DNA from: an uncultured Candidatus Bathyarchaeia archaeon
GTDB taxonomy: Archaea; Thermoproteota; Bathyarchaeia; 40CM-2-53-6; DTDX01
NCBI GenBank assembly: GCA_964608455.1
Contig: CAZSNM010000006.1
Location: 1 to 54,975, forward strand
DNA: 54,975 nt
Reading direction: 5' to 3'
This document shows, one piece after another, positions 39,630-48,968 of the stretch. Below the pieces are notes generated by a model that was given only the letters and a program-made list of their open reading frames with translations, was not told where the DNA came from and ran no database searches. Made by a program: the position numbers and the translations under genes. How positions within the stretch are numbered: position 1 is the stretch's first letter; each line of letters opens with the position of its first letter.

Positions 39630-40802
39630 TTGTTAACCTCTGAGTTTAATGCTGAAGAATTTATTAAAACTCAAATAGAAAACTTAAGAAGAGAAATTAA
39701 AGAAGAAAAAGCTTTAGTAGCTGTTTCCGGTGGAGTTGATAGCACTACATGCGCCGCTTTAGCTTATAAAGCAATTAAAGAAAATTTAATTTGTGTTTTA
39801 ATAGATACAGGATTTATGCGAATTAATGAACCTGAATGGGTAAAGAATATATTAAATAAGCCCCCGCTCAATTTACCTATTAAAATTTTAAATGCTAAAG
39901 AAAATTTTATTAAAAGTTTGATAGGAATAAAAGATGCTGAAGAAAAAAGAAAAATATTTAGAGAAGAATTTTACAAAGTTTTAAGTGATGTAGCTAAAAG
40001 AGAAAACTGTAGGTTTTTAATTCAAGGAACTATTGCTCCAGATTGGATAGAAACTAAAGGAGGAATAAAAACTCAACATAATGTTTTAACGCAAATTGGA
40101 ATAAAAACTGAAGAAAAATATGGATTTACACTTCTTGAACCTTTAGTTAATCTTTATAAAGATCAAGTAAGAATTATAGCTAAAACATTAAATGTTCCAA
40201 AAGAAATTTCGGAAAGACAACCTTTTCCAGGACCAGGATTAATGGTTAGATGCGTAGGTGAAGTTAAAGAGGAAAAGTTAAGAGAGTTAAAAAAGGCTAC
40301 TAAAATTGTTGAAGAAAAACTAATGAATAAAGAAATACAACAATATTTTGCAGCAATATTAGATGAAGAATTTATTAGAGAACAATTTTTCCCAGAATTA
40401 GATTTAAATATAGAAGAAATTAAAGTTTTTAAAAATTTAGCTACAGGAGTTAAAGGTGATGAAAGAGCCTATGGAAAAATAGCAGGTGTTAAAATTAAAG
40501 AAAAGCATAGAGAAAACATATGGAATAATTTTGAAGCATTAATTTCACTTCAATCAAAAATAATTTCTGAAAAAAAGGATTTTACCCGCGTTTTATATTT
40601 AATAGAAGAAAAAAATGATGGAAAATATGCTATTTCAATAAGAGCTATAAAAACTAGGGATTACATGACTGCAGAAATAGCGCAAATTGAATGGGAAACA
40701 ATTAAAAAGATTGGCGAAGAAATTTTAGTTAATTGCTTAGATGTAAAAGAGGTTTATTATGATGTTACCCCAAAACCTCCAGCAACAATTGAATATGAAT
40801 AA
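39630..40802 (+). CDS. guaAB: GMP synthase subunit B (ATP pyrophosphatase)
   Basis: SGGVDS, QGTIAPD, IKTQHNV, RQPFPGPGL, YDVTPKPPATIEYE. Confidence 0.93.
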   Translation: MLTSEFNAEEFIKTQIENLRREIKEEKALVAVSGGVDSTTCAALAYKAIKENLICVLIDTGFMRINEPEWVKNILNKPPLNLPIKILNAKENFIKSLIGIKDAEEKRKIFREEFYKVLSDVAKRENCRFLIQGTIAPDWIETKGGIKTQHNVLTQIGIKTEEKYGFTLLEPLVNLYKDQVRIIAKTLNVPKEISERQPFPGPGLMVRCVGEVKEEKLRELKKATKIVEEKLMNKEIQQYFAAILDEEFIREQFFPELDLNIEEIKVFKNLATGVKGDERAYGKIAGVKIKEKHRENIWNNFEALISLQSKIISEKKDFTRVLYLIEEKNDGKYAISIRAIKTRDYMTAEIAQIEWETIKKIGEEILVNCLDVKEVYYDVTPKPPATIEYE

Positions 40803-41394
40803 AAAGAGAAGTAATTTAATAATTCCAGTGGTTAGCTTAGAAGGGCAATACAATCATTTAATTTCTAGATTGCTTTATGAGCTTAAAGCTGAAAGCCCAT
40901 TGATTCCAGCAACTATAACTTTAAATCAAATAATTGAGGCAAATATCGATGGATTAGTTTTTGGTGGAGGCCCTCAAAAAGTTTATGAAGAGTTTAAAAA
41001 GGGAAAATTCAATTCATTATGCGAAATTATTACAAAAATTAATATTCCATGTTTATGTATATGTGCTGCTCATCAATTATTAGCTTTAGTTTATGGTGGT
41101 GAAGTAGGACCAGCAGTTTACCCAGAGTTTGGACCAGTTGAAATAGAAGTTATAGATGAGAATGAAATTTTAAAAGGTTTAAAACCATCTTTTATAGCAT
41201 GGAGTTCACATAATGATGAAGTTAAAAAACTTCCTAATGAATTTAAGCTTTTAGCCAAATCAAAAAAATGTTTGATTCAAGCTGTAAAACATGAAAGCAA
41301 ACCTATTTTTGGAGTTCAATTTCATCCTGAAGTTTACCATACAGTTAATGGAAAAAAAATTTTTGAAAATTTTTTAAGCATAATAAAAAGATGA
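40795..41394 (+). CDS. guaAA: GMP synthase subunit A (glutamine amidotransferase)
   Basis: GQYNHLI, GGGP, ICAAHQ, SHNDEV, QFHPEV. Start placed at ATG 40795, overlapping guaAB. Confidence 0.9.
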   Translation: MNKKRSNLIIPVVSLEGQYNHLISRLLYELKAESPLIPATITLNQIIEANIDGLVFGGGPQKVYEEFKKGKFNSLCEIITKINIPCLCICAAHQLLALVYGGEVGPAVYPEFGPVEIEVIDENEILKGLKPSFIAWSSHNDEVKKLPNEFKLLAKSKKCLIQAVKHESKPIFGVQFHPEVYHTVNGKKIFENFLSIIKR

Positions 41395-41463
41395 AGATGA
41401 AGAAGGAACCTTTTTAAACCTCTAAAAACCAATTTAAATTTTTCAATAAAGGAGGGTTTAAAG

Positions 41464-42006
41464 ATTAAAGCTGAAAAAGCAACTATTCTGGTTTTCACAG
41501 GTTTAATAATTATTCTTCAAGCATTTTTCATAAATTATGCTGTTTCTCAAGGATTAATAATAAACCCAACTTTTAACTTGCCTATTCAACCTGTTTATTT
41601 TCCAGCTTTAGGGTTTATAGCTATTTCACTTTCTTCCTGGAGTTTTATTTTTCAAAAAATTTTAGAGCTTAAAGCATTTTCTAAAAAAGTTTTAATTAAA
41701 TCATTAAAGCTTATGCTTTTTCTTTTTATTATAACAGCAGCAGCTCTTTATTTGCCATATATTTTAACTTCAAATTGGTTCGCATCTATTTTAACTAATT
41801 TAGTTGCTAAAATTCCTCAATTCTTTAAATTTATAGAGAAATTAAGCTTTTCCTTAATTTACTTTTGGAGTTTAAATGAAGAATGGAAGTATATTTTCGC
41901 GCAGTTTTTAGGAGCTTCAACCTTAACTTTAGCATCTTTAATAGAGGGTTCCCTTTTAAGCAGAGAGATTAAAAGAAAAATTAGAAAAACGATAAAAAGC
42001 AAATAA
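41464..42006 (+). CDS. membrane protein; frame extends upstream of the track's 41578 start
   Basis: Open frame with an extra TM helix (ATILVFTGLIIILQAFFINYAV) beginning right after AAGGAGGG; candidate ATT start at 41464. Confidence 0.55.
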   Translation: MKAEKATILVFTGLIIILQAFFINYAVSQGLIINPTFNLPIQPVYFPALGFIAISLSSWSFIFQKILELKAFSKKVLIKSLKLMLFLFIITAAALYLPYILTSNWFASILTNLVAKIPQFFKFIEKLSFSLIYFWSLNEEWKYIFAQFLGASTLTLASLIEGSLLSREIKRKIRKTIKSK

Positions 42007-42012
42007 CAGTTT

Positions 42013-43032
42013 TTATTTTTGCCACTTTTTAAGAAGCTCCTCTAATTTTTTGGAAGCTTCCTTTATAGAATTACTTTCTATATATGTAATTTTATTTGAT
42101 TTAGCAAAGGATTTAGCTGTTTCATTTAATTTTGGAACAACTATAAGAAGTGCTAATGGAGGTTTAACATCTGAAAATTTTGCACAACTTGCTAAAATTT
42201 CATTAATTTTAACTTCGCTTTTTTCTGATCTAATTAAATCTATAGCTATTGAAAGATTGTTTTTAATACATGTCATTGTAAACTCATGAGTTATACCTGA
42301 ATTTCCAAGAGCTAAACCTGGAATTTGAACTTTAAAACCAGCGTTTTCAGCAGCTAATTTAAGCAAAGGTAAATCTATTGCACTTATAATTTCATTAAGC
42401 AACTCTCTATTTAAATAATATTTATAAACGTTTATGAATGATGCACTTTTAAAACTAAATTCATAATTACAGTTTCTGCAGAAAAGAGTATGAATTGGTT
42501 CTTCAAAACTTGAGTTGCATAATGCACATATGCAAGTTACACCTATTAGTTTAAAACCAACATCAAAATCTTTAACTTCTTCCTTGCACACTGGACGAAC
42601 AACTTTATTTTTATTAATTTTAAATTCCTTTTCTTCCTTTATAGCACCGCAGGTGGAGTGTTCAATCATTCGTTTAACATTTATTTCTAAAGATCCACAT
42701 TTAGGACATTTATATCTTGGAAAAATTGAGGAGGGTTTATTGCATTTAGGACAGCAAGCTAGTTTTTCATAAAATTCTTTTCTTAAAATTTTTGATGAAG
42801 CTAATTCCTCTAGGAAGCTTAAGGTTTCAATTGGGTTTTTACCTGTAATATTTTCAATCATAAAATATCTAGGTAATCGATTTTCATCAAAAACAGGAAT
42901 AAACTCGCTTATTTCCTCTATTGCGCTGCTAAGTAAAGTTTGAACTGATGGATTACTATATAATTTTAATCTAAAATTTTTTTCTTCAAACATTAAGTTA
43001 TCCTCATTAAAAATTTTTGATAATTTAAACAA
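42013..43032 (-). CDS. TackOD1-like multi-zinc-ribbon protein with C-terminal restriction-endonuclease-like domain
   Basis: CPKC..CPKCGS..IEHSTCG..CALC..CRNC array; GNSGITHEF..AID segment in the C-terminal domain. Confidence 0.7.
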   Translation of the reverse strand: MFKLSKIFNEDNLMFEEKNFRLKLYSNPSVQTLLSSAIEEISEFIPVFDENRLPRYFMIENITGKNPIETLSFLEELASSKILRKEFYEKLACCPKCNKPSSIFPRYKCPKCGSLEINVKRMIEHSTCGAIKEEKEFKINKNKVVRPVCKEEVKDFDVGFKLIGVTCICALCNSSFEEPIHTLFCRNCNYEFSFKSASFINVYKYYLNRELLNEIISAIDLPLLKLAAENAGFKVQIPGLALGNSGITHEFTMTCIKNNLSIAIDLIRSEKSEVKINEILASCAKFSDVKPPLALLIVVPKLNETAKSFAKSNKITYIESNSIKEASKKLEELLKKWQK

Positions 43033-43203
43033 ATTAATAAAATAAAAATAAAATAAACAAACTTATTTTATTATTAAATTCTGTTTTTACCTTTATATCT
43101 TCTTCTTAATTAAAATCTAGTCATATAATTGTTTAATTAAAAATTTTAAATAAAAAATTCTAAATAAGAGATTTTAATACAGTTTTTTGTAGAGGGGAAA
43201 AAA

Positions 43204-43263
43204 ATGGCATGCGGAGCAAAGAAGGGATCAAAAAAGAAGAAGAAAGAAGAAAAAACAAAATAA
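43204..43263 (+). CDS. 19-aa Lys-rich peptide MACGAKKGSKKKKKEEKTK
   Basis: GAGGGG RBS 6 nt before ATG; purine-rich coding-like island within an AT-rich intergenic region. Confidence 0.5.
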   Translation: MACGAKKGSKKKKKEEKTK

Positions 43264-43483
43264 ATTTTTATAGTTATAAAGAATTTTTTGTTTAAATCTC
43301 TCATTTTCTTTTTATTAAGCGTTTAAATAGAAAGGGGTTAAAGTCCCATTAAATTGAATAATTTTCTCTGAATTAATTTAAAGCAATAAGCAAGCCTTGG
43401 CTTTTTTTATAATTTAAAAGAGATTGTTTAGAAGCTTTTTAGTTTAAATAAAAAGGTAAAGTAAAGGTTTTCGGTGTTTTAAA

Positions 43484-43723
43484 ATGATTAAAGTATATAC
43501 AGCGCCCAATTGTCCCTATTGTGAAGCTTTAAAAAGATTTCTTAAAGAAAATGGAATTTTATTTGAGGAATTAGATGTTTCTAAAGATCCTAAAGTTGTT
43601 ACTGAATTGATTTCTAAATCAAATCAAGCTGGAGTGCCGGTAATCGATATAAATGGAAAAATAATTGTAGGTTTTAATCGTGAGGCTATAATTAAAGCCT
43701 TATTAATTAAAGAAAAACATTAA
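43484..43723 (+). CDS. glutaredoxin / NrdH-like redoxin
   Basis: CPYC, GVPVI, VGFN. Confidence 0.92.
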   Translation: MIKVYTAPNCPYCEALKRFLKENGILFEELDVSKDPKVVTELISKSNQAGVPVIDINGKIIVGFNREAIIKALLIKEKH

Positions 43724-43816
43724 ATTCGTAATTTTTATTTCGAAAAATTTATATATAGAATTGCTTTATTGCCTTATTCGTATATTACAATACGATTTTT
43801 AAGGAGGAAAAATAAA

Positions 43817-44854
43817 GTGTTTAAAGGATGCTGCACAGCCTTAATAACTCCTATGAAAAAAAATTTTGAAATAGATTATGAAGGATTAAAAAAATTAATT
43901 GAATTTCAAATTGATGAAGGAGTAGATGGTATTTTAGCTGTTGGAACAACAGGAGAATCCCCTACATTAACTTGGGAAGAACATATAAAAGTTATAGAAA
44001 AAACTTTAGAGGAAGCAGGTGAAAGATGCGAAGTTATCGCAGGTACAGGAAGCAATAGCAGCAAGGAAGCTATTGAAGCTACAAAAGAAAGCTATAACTT
44101 AGGAGTTAAAACAGTTTTACTTGTTGATCCATATTATAATGGACCAAGCTCTTTAGAAATAAGAAAAGAATATTTAGAGCCTATAGCTGCTAAATTTCCT
44201 GAAATAGAAATAATTCCATATATTATTCCAGGAAGAACAGGAACAAAGCTTCTTCCCCAAGATTTAGCAATTCTTCATAAAAAATTTAAAAATGTTAATG
44301 CTGTTAAAGAAGCTACTGGCGATTTAGAAAATGCAAAAGTTATTAGAGCTTTATGCGGAGAGTACTTTAGCATTTTATCTGGAGATGATGATAAAACTTT
44401 TCTTTTAATGAGTGACCCTAAAATAAAAGCTAATGGAGTAATTTCAGTAACATCAAATATTGCTCCAAGCGCTGTTCAAGAAATGGTTAAATCTTTAATT
44501 TCAGGTGATTTTGAAAAAGCTGAGGTTATAGCTAAAGGGCTTAAACCATTATTTGAAGTAGTAACAGTTATTACTCAGGAGGAAACTGAATATGGTCAAG
44601 TTTTATGCAAAGCAAGAAATCCTTTACCATATAAAACTTTAATGAATATCTTAGGAATGCCTGCAGGTCCTTGCCGACCACCATTAGGAAAAATGACTAA
44701 AAAAGCAATAACTTTTCTTGTAAGTAAAGTTAAAGAAGTTTATGAGAATAATCCTGAGTTTTTAGCTTCAGTAGAGGAATTTTTTGATGTAGATTTAAGT
44801 GAAAGATTATATAATGAAAAATATTTGGATGGATTGTTTTATGAGTCATATTAA
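43817..44854 (+). CDS. dapA: 4-hydroxy-tetrahydrodipicolinate synthase
   Basis: GTTGES, GTGSNS, PYYN, YIIPGRT, VKEATG, SGDD. GTG start after GGAGG. Confidence 0.93.
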   Translation: MFKGCCTALITPMKKNFEIDYEGLKKLIEFQIDEGVDGILAVGTTGESPTLTWEEHIKVIEKTLEEAGERCEVIAGTGSNSSKEAIEATKESYNLGVKTVLLVDPYYNGPSSLEIRKEYLEPIAAKFPEIEIIPYIIPGRTGTKLLPQDLAILHKKFKNVNAVKEATGDLENAKVIRALCGEYFSILSGDDDKTFLLMSDPKIKANGVISVTSNIAPSAVQEMVKSLISGDFEKAEVIAKGLKPLFEVVTVITQEETEYGQVLCKARNPLPYKTLMNILGMPAGPCRPPLGKMTKKAITFLVSKVKEVYENNPEFLASVEEFFDVDLSERLYNEKYLDGLFYESY

Positions 44855-45650
44855 AATTTGTGTTGCAGGCGCTGATGGAAGAATGGGAAGCACAGTGATT
44901 AGAGAAGCTGCTTCCATAAGCGAATTTAAAGTTGTTGGAGCACTTACAGCTTTAGAAAGCAATAATGCAGGTAAAACTCTTGGAGAAATAGGGTTAACAC
45001 CTAAAGAAGTTAAAATTTTAACACCTCAAAATTTAGAGGAAGCTTTAAAAAATGCTGATGTTTATATTTCTTTTACAACTCCTAAAGCAGAATTAGAGAA
45101 TTTACCTAGGGTAGCTAAATTAAATAAAAGAATAGTTATGGGAACAACTGGATTTACAGATGAACAAAAAAAGCTTCTTAAAGAAGCTGTTGAAGGGAAA
45201 GTTCCTGCTGTTTTTTCTCCAAATTTCTCCATAGGTTTAAATATAATGCTTAAAACAATAGGCTTTTATAAAGCGCTTCCGCAAGATTATGACTTTACAA
45301 TTTTTGAAATGCATCATTCTGGAAAAATAGATGCTCCAAGCGGAACAGCCAAAAAAATAGCTGAAATAATAACATCTTTTAAAGATTATTCAAAAATAGT
45401 TTATGGAAGAGGGGGTTTATCTAAAAGAAGCGAAAAAGAGCTGGAAATTTTATCAGCAAGAGGAGGAGGAGTTCCAGGAATCCATGAAGTTTTTATAGCA
45501 GGTCAACATGAATTAATAAGAATTGAACATACGGTTTTTTCTAGAAGTGTTTTTGCTAGAGGAGCTTTATATGCAGCTAAATGGTTAATGAATCAAAAGG
45601 AACCTAAAATTTATGATATGGAAGATGTGCTAGGGTTAAAGGGGCGTTAA
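44841..45650 (+). CDS. dapB: 4-hydroxy-tetrahydrodipicolinate reductase
   Basis: GADGRMG, GTTG, PNFSIG, EMHHSGKIDAPSGTA. Confidence 0.94.
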   Translation: MSHIKICVAGADGRMGSTVIREAASISEFKVVGALTALESNNAGKTLGEIGLTPKEVKILTPQNLEEALKNADVYISFTTPKAELENLPRVAKLNKRIVMGTTGFTDEQKKLLKEAVEGKVPAVFSPNFSIGLNIMLKTIGFYKALPQDYDFTIFEMHHSGKIDAPSGTAKKIAEIITSFKDYSKIVYGRGGLSKRSEKELEILSARGGGVPGIHEVFIAGQHELIRIEHTVFSRSVFARGALYAAKWLMNQKEPKIYDMEDVLGLKGR

Positions 45651-45657
45651 AACAATT

Positions 45658-46944
45658 TTGAATCCATTTCAATTAACTTATTTAGAAAATAAAGCAGGCA
45701 TACTTTATATTGATGGTGTTTCAGCATTAGAATTAGTTGAAAAATTTAAAACTCCCCTTTATGTATTAAGCCAATCAAGAATAGAAGAAAACTTTAGAAA
45801 ATTAAATTTATCCTTAAAAAAACGCTATGATAAAGTTAGAATTTACTATTCAGCTAAAGCAAATTCAAACATTTCAATATTAAAAATTCTTTTAAATGAG
45901 GGGGCATGGTTAGATGCTGTTTCTCCAGGAGAAATATTTCTTGGTTTAAAAGCTGGTTTTCCAGCAGATAAAATTTTGTTTACTGGAACAAGCGTCAGCG
46001 AGGAAGAATTAAAATATGCTATTGAAGCTGGAGTAACAATAAATATAGATTCGCTTTCTCAATTAAGAAAACTTCTTAAAATAACTGTTCCAGAAGTTTT
46101 ATCTGTAAGAGTAAACCCCGGTATTGGATTTGGCCACCATAATTATTGTAAAACTGGAGGAGAAGAGTCTAAATTTGGCTTATGGCCAAATGAAGCTAAA
46201 AAAGCTTATAGTGAAGCTAAAAAAACTGGAGTAAAAAGGTTTGGTATACATACTCATATAGGCTCAGGAATATTAAACATAAATGCTTTTACACAAGTGG
46301 CGGAGATACTTCTTCATATAGCGAAGAAAATTAGTGAAGATTGCAATTTAACTTTTGAATTTATTGATTTCGGTGGAGGATTGGGTGTTCCATATAAACC
46401 TGAAGAAATGGAATTAAACATTGAAGATTATGCTGAATCAATAATGTCAATTTTTAAAAATGAAATTAAAAATTTAAATTCTGAACCTTTCTTCGCTATA
46501 GAACCTGGAAGATATATAGTTTGTGATGCTGGAATTTTACTAACTAAAGTAGTTTCAATTAAAGTTACATCAACAAAAAAGTTTGCAGGTGTTGATGCCG
46601 GATTGAACGTTTTAATAAGACCGGCAATGTATAATGCATATCATCATATATTAGTTGCTAATAAACTTAATGAAGAAAATATGGATGAATATGATGTTGT
46701 TGGACCTATATGCGAAAATGCTGATTTTTTAGCTAAAAAAAGAGTTTTGCCTAAGCTTGAGGAAGGAGACGTATTAGCTGTGCTTAATGCTGGAGCTTAT
46801 GGTTTTTCAATGAGCTCTCAATATAACGCTAGACCTAGACCGGCTGAAGTTTTAATTAATAAGGGAAAAGCTGAAGTTATTAGAGAAAGAGAAGATTTTA
46901 ATAATTTATTAATTGGACAAAGGGTTGCAACTTGGTTAAAATAA
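45658..46944 (+). CDS. lysA: diaminopimelate decarboxylase
   Basis: YSAKAN, SKFG, HIGS, DFGGG, EPGR, GPICE, GAYG. Confidence 0.94.
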   Translation: MNPFQLTYLENKAGILYIDGVSALELVEKFKTPLYVLSQSRIEENFRKLNLSLKKRYDKVRIYYSAKANSNISILKILLNEGAWLDAVSPGEIFLGLKAGFPADKILFTGTSVSEEELKYAIEAGVTINIDSLSQLRKLLKITVPEVLSVRVNPGIGFGHHNYCKTGGEESKFGLWPNEAKKAYSEAKKTGVKRFGIHTHIGSGILNINAFTQVAEILLHIAKKISEDCNLTFEFIDFGGGLGVPYKPEEMELNIEDYAESIMSIFKNEIKNLNSEPFFAIEPGRYIVCDAGILLTKVVSIKVTSTKKFAGVDAGLNVLIRPAMYNAYHHILVANKLNEENMDEYDVVGPICENADFLAKKRVLPKLEEGDVLAVLNAGAYGFSMSSQYNARPRPAEVLINKGKAEVIREREDFNNLLIGQRVATWLK

Positions 46945-47768
46945 AGTTTTGGAAAATGCATGGATTAGGAAACGATTATATAGTTATTGATGATAAAGAA
47001 GAATTAATTAAAAACCCTGAAGAAAAAGCTAAAAAGTTTTGTCGAAGAAGATTTTCTATAGGAGCTGATGGACTTATCTTATTGCAAAAACCAATTTTTA
47101 ATCAAGCTGATTTTAAAATGAGGATATTTAATAAAGATGGAAGCGAAGCTGAAATGTGCGGTAATGGAATAAGATGCGCAGCTAAATTTTATTATGAAAT
47201 AAATAAACCAAATAAAAAAGAGTTAATTGTAGAAACTAAAGCTGGATTAAAAAAGGTTTGGTTAAAAATTGAAAATGAAAAAGTTAAAGAAGTTGAGGTT
47301 AATATGGGTAAACCTATTTTTGAAAGAAAATTAATTCCAATGCTTGGTGAAGGTTTATTTATAAATGAAGAAATAAAAGTAGAAGATAAAGTTTTTAAAG
47401 CCACATGCCTATCTATGGGAAATCCACATTGTGTGATATTTGTTGATGATGTGGAAAAATTCCCAGTAAAAGAGATTGGATCAAAAATAGAAAAACATTC
47501 TTTATTTCCAAAAAGAGTAAATGTTGAATTTGTTAAAGTTTTAAATAAAAATACCTTAAATGTTAGAGTTTGGGAAAGAGGCTGCGGAGAAACTTTAGCT
47601 TGTGGAACAGGCGCATGCGCCAGCGCTGTAGTTAGTAATTTGCTAAATAAAACTGAAAATGAAGTTTTAGTGAAACTTAAAGGAGGAAGATTAAAAATTA
47701 AAATTAACGATGAAGTTTTAATGAGTGGGTCAGCTGTTAAAGTTTTTGAAGGAGAAATAGAAGCTTAA
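46932..47768 (+). CDS. dapF: diaminopimelate epimerase
   Basis: KMHGLGND, EMCGNG, GNPH, WERG..TLACGTG. Confidence 0.95.
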   Translation: MVKIKFWKMHGLGNDYIVIDDKEELIKNPEEKAKKFCRRRFSIGADGLILLQKPIFNQADFKMRIFNKDGSEAEMCGNGIRCAAKFYYEINKPNKKELIVETKAGLKKVWLKIENEKVKEVEVNMGKPIFERKLIPMLGEGLFINEEIKVEDKVFKATCLSMGNPHCVIFVDDVEKFPVKEIGSKIEKHSLFPKRVNVEFVKVLNKNTLNVRVWERGCGETLACGTGACASAVVSNLLNKTENEVLVKLKGGRLKIKINDEVLMSGSAVKVFEGEIEA

Positions 47769-47795
47769 ATTAAAAAAATAAGAAAGGGGATTAAA

Positions 47796-48959
47796 ATGCA
47801 TTGGAAAAAATCAAATAGATTGGAGAGGCTTCCACCTTATTTATTTACTGAAATAGAAAAAATTATAACTCAAAAAAGAAAAGAAGGAAAAAATTTAATT
47901 TCTTTTGGTGTTGGAGATCCAGATGTTCCTCCACCAAGATTTATTCTTGAAAGCTTAGCTAAAGAAGCTTTAAATCCAAAAAACCATAATTACTCTTTTA
48001 GCCAGGGAGAAGAAGAATTTAAAAAAGCTGTAGCTGAATGGTATAAAAAAAGATTTAATGTAGATTTAAATCCGGAAACTGAAGTTACAGCTTTAATAGG
48101 TTCTAAAGAAGGTTTAGCAAATATTTCGAGAGCTTTTTTAAATCCTGGAGAGAAAATTTTGGTTCCCGACCCTGCATATCCTGTTTATTTAAACGGTGCC
48201 ACCTTGCTTAATGATAACATACCTGTTTTTATGCCTCTTCTTGAAGAAAACAATTTTTTACCTAATTTAAATGAATTAAATGCAGAAAATGTTAAAATGA
48301 TGTTTTTAAATTATCCAAATAATCCAACTGGAGCCGTTATAGATGAAAAAAAGCTTAAAGAAATTGTGGAGTTCGCTAAGGAAAACAATTTAATAATTTG
48401 CTATGATAATGCTTATTCAGAGTTAACTTTTGATGATTATGTAGCTCCAAGTATTCTTCAAATAGATGATGCAAAAGAGTATGCAATAGAGTTTCATTCA
48501 TGCTCTAAAACTTTCAGCATGACTGGTGATAGAATAGGGTTTGCAGTTGGCAATGCTGAGCTTATAGATGGATTAATTAAGGTTAAATCACAAATAGATT
48601 CTGGACCACAAATTTATATTCAAAAAGCAGCTATTAAAGCTCTTGAAAGCTATACGTCATCTCAACCCCCATCCTATATTAAAGAAAGAAACATGATTTA
48701 TAAAGAGAGAAGAGATTATCTTGTTAAGGAATTAAATTCAATGGGGTTAAAATGCAATAAGCCTAAGGGAACATTTTATGTTTGGGCTAAATGCTTTGAT
48801 AATTCAATAAATTTTGTGAGAAAGCTTCTTGAAGTTGATGTGGTAGCTACACCTGGTGCAGGATTTGGAAAATATGGTGAAGGTTATGTTAGATTTGCTT
48901 TAACAATTCCTTTAGATAAAATTAAGGAAGCTTGCGAAAGAATGAAAAAAATTTTATAG
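47796..48959 (+). CDS. dapL: LL-diaminopimelate aminotransferase
   Basis: LPPYLF, GSKEG, NYPNNPTG, DNAY, SCSKT class I aminotransferase; dap operon context. Confidence 0.82.
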   Translation: MHWKKSNRLERLPPYLFTEIEKIITQKRKEGKNLISFGVGDPDVPPPRFILESLAKEALNPKNHNYSFSQGEEEFKKAVAEWYKKRFNVDLNPETEVTALIGSKEGLANISRAFLNPGEKILVPDPAYPVYLNGATLLNDNIPVFMPLLEENNFLPNLNELNAENVKMMFLNYPNNPTGAVIDEKKLKEIVEFAKENNLIICYDNAYSELTFDDYVAPSILQIDDAKEYAIEFHSCSKTFSMTGDRIGFAVGNAELIDGLIKVKSQIDSGPQIYIQKAAIKALESYTSSQPPSYIKERNMIYKERRDYLVKELNSMGLKCNKPKGTFYVWAKCFDNSINFVRKLLEVDVVATPGAGFGKYGEGYVRFALTIPLDKIKEACERMKKIL

Positions 48960-48968
48960 AGGAAATTT

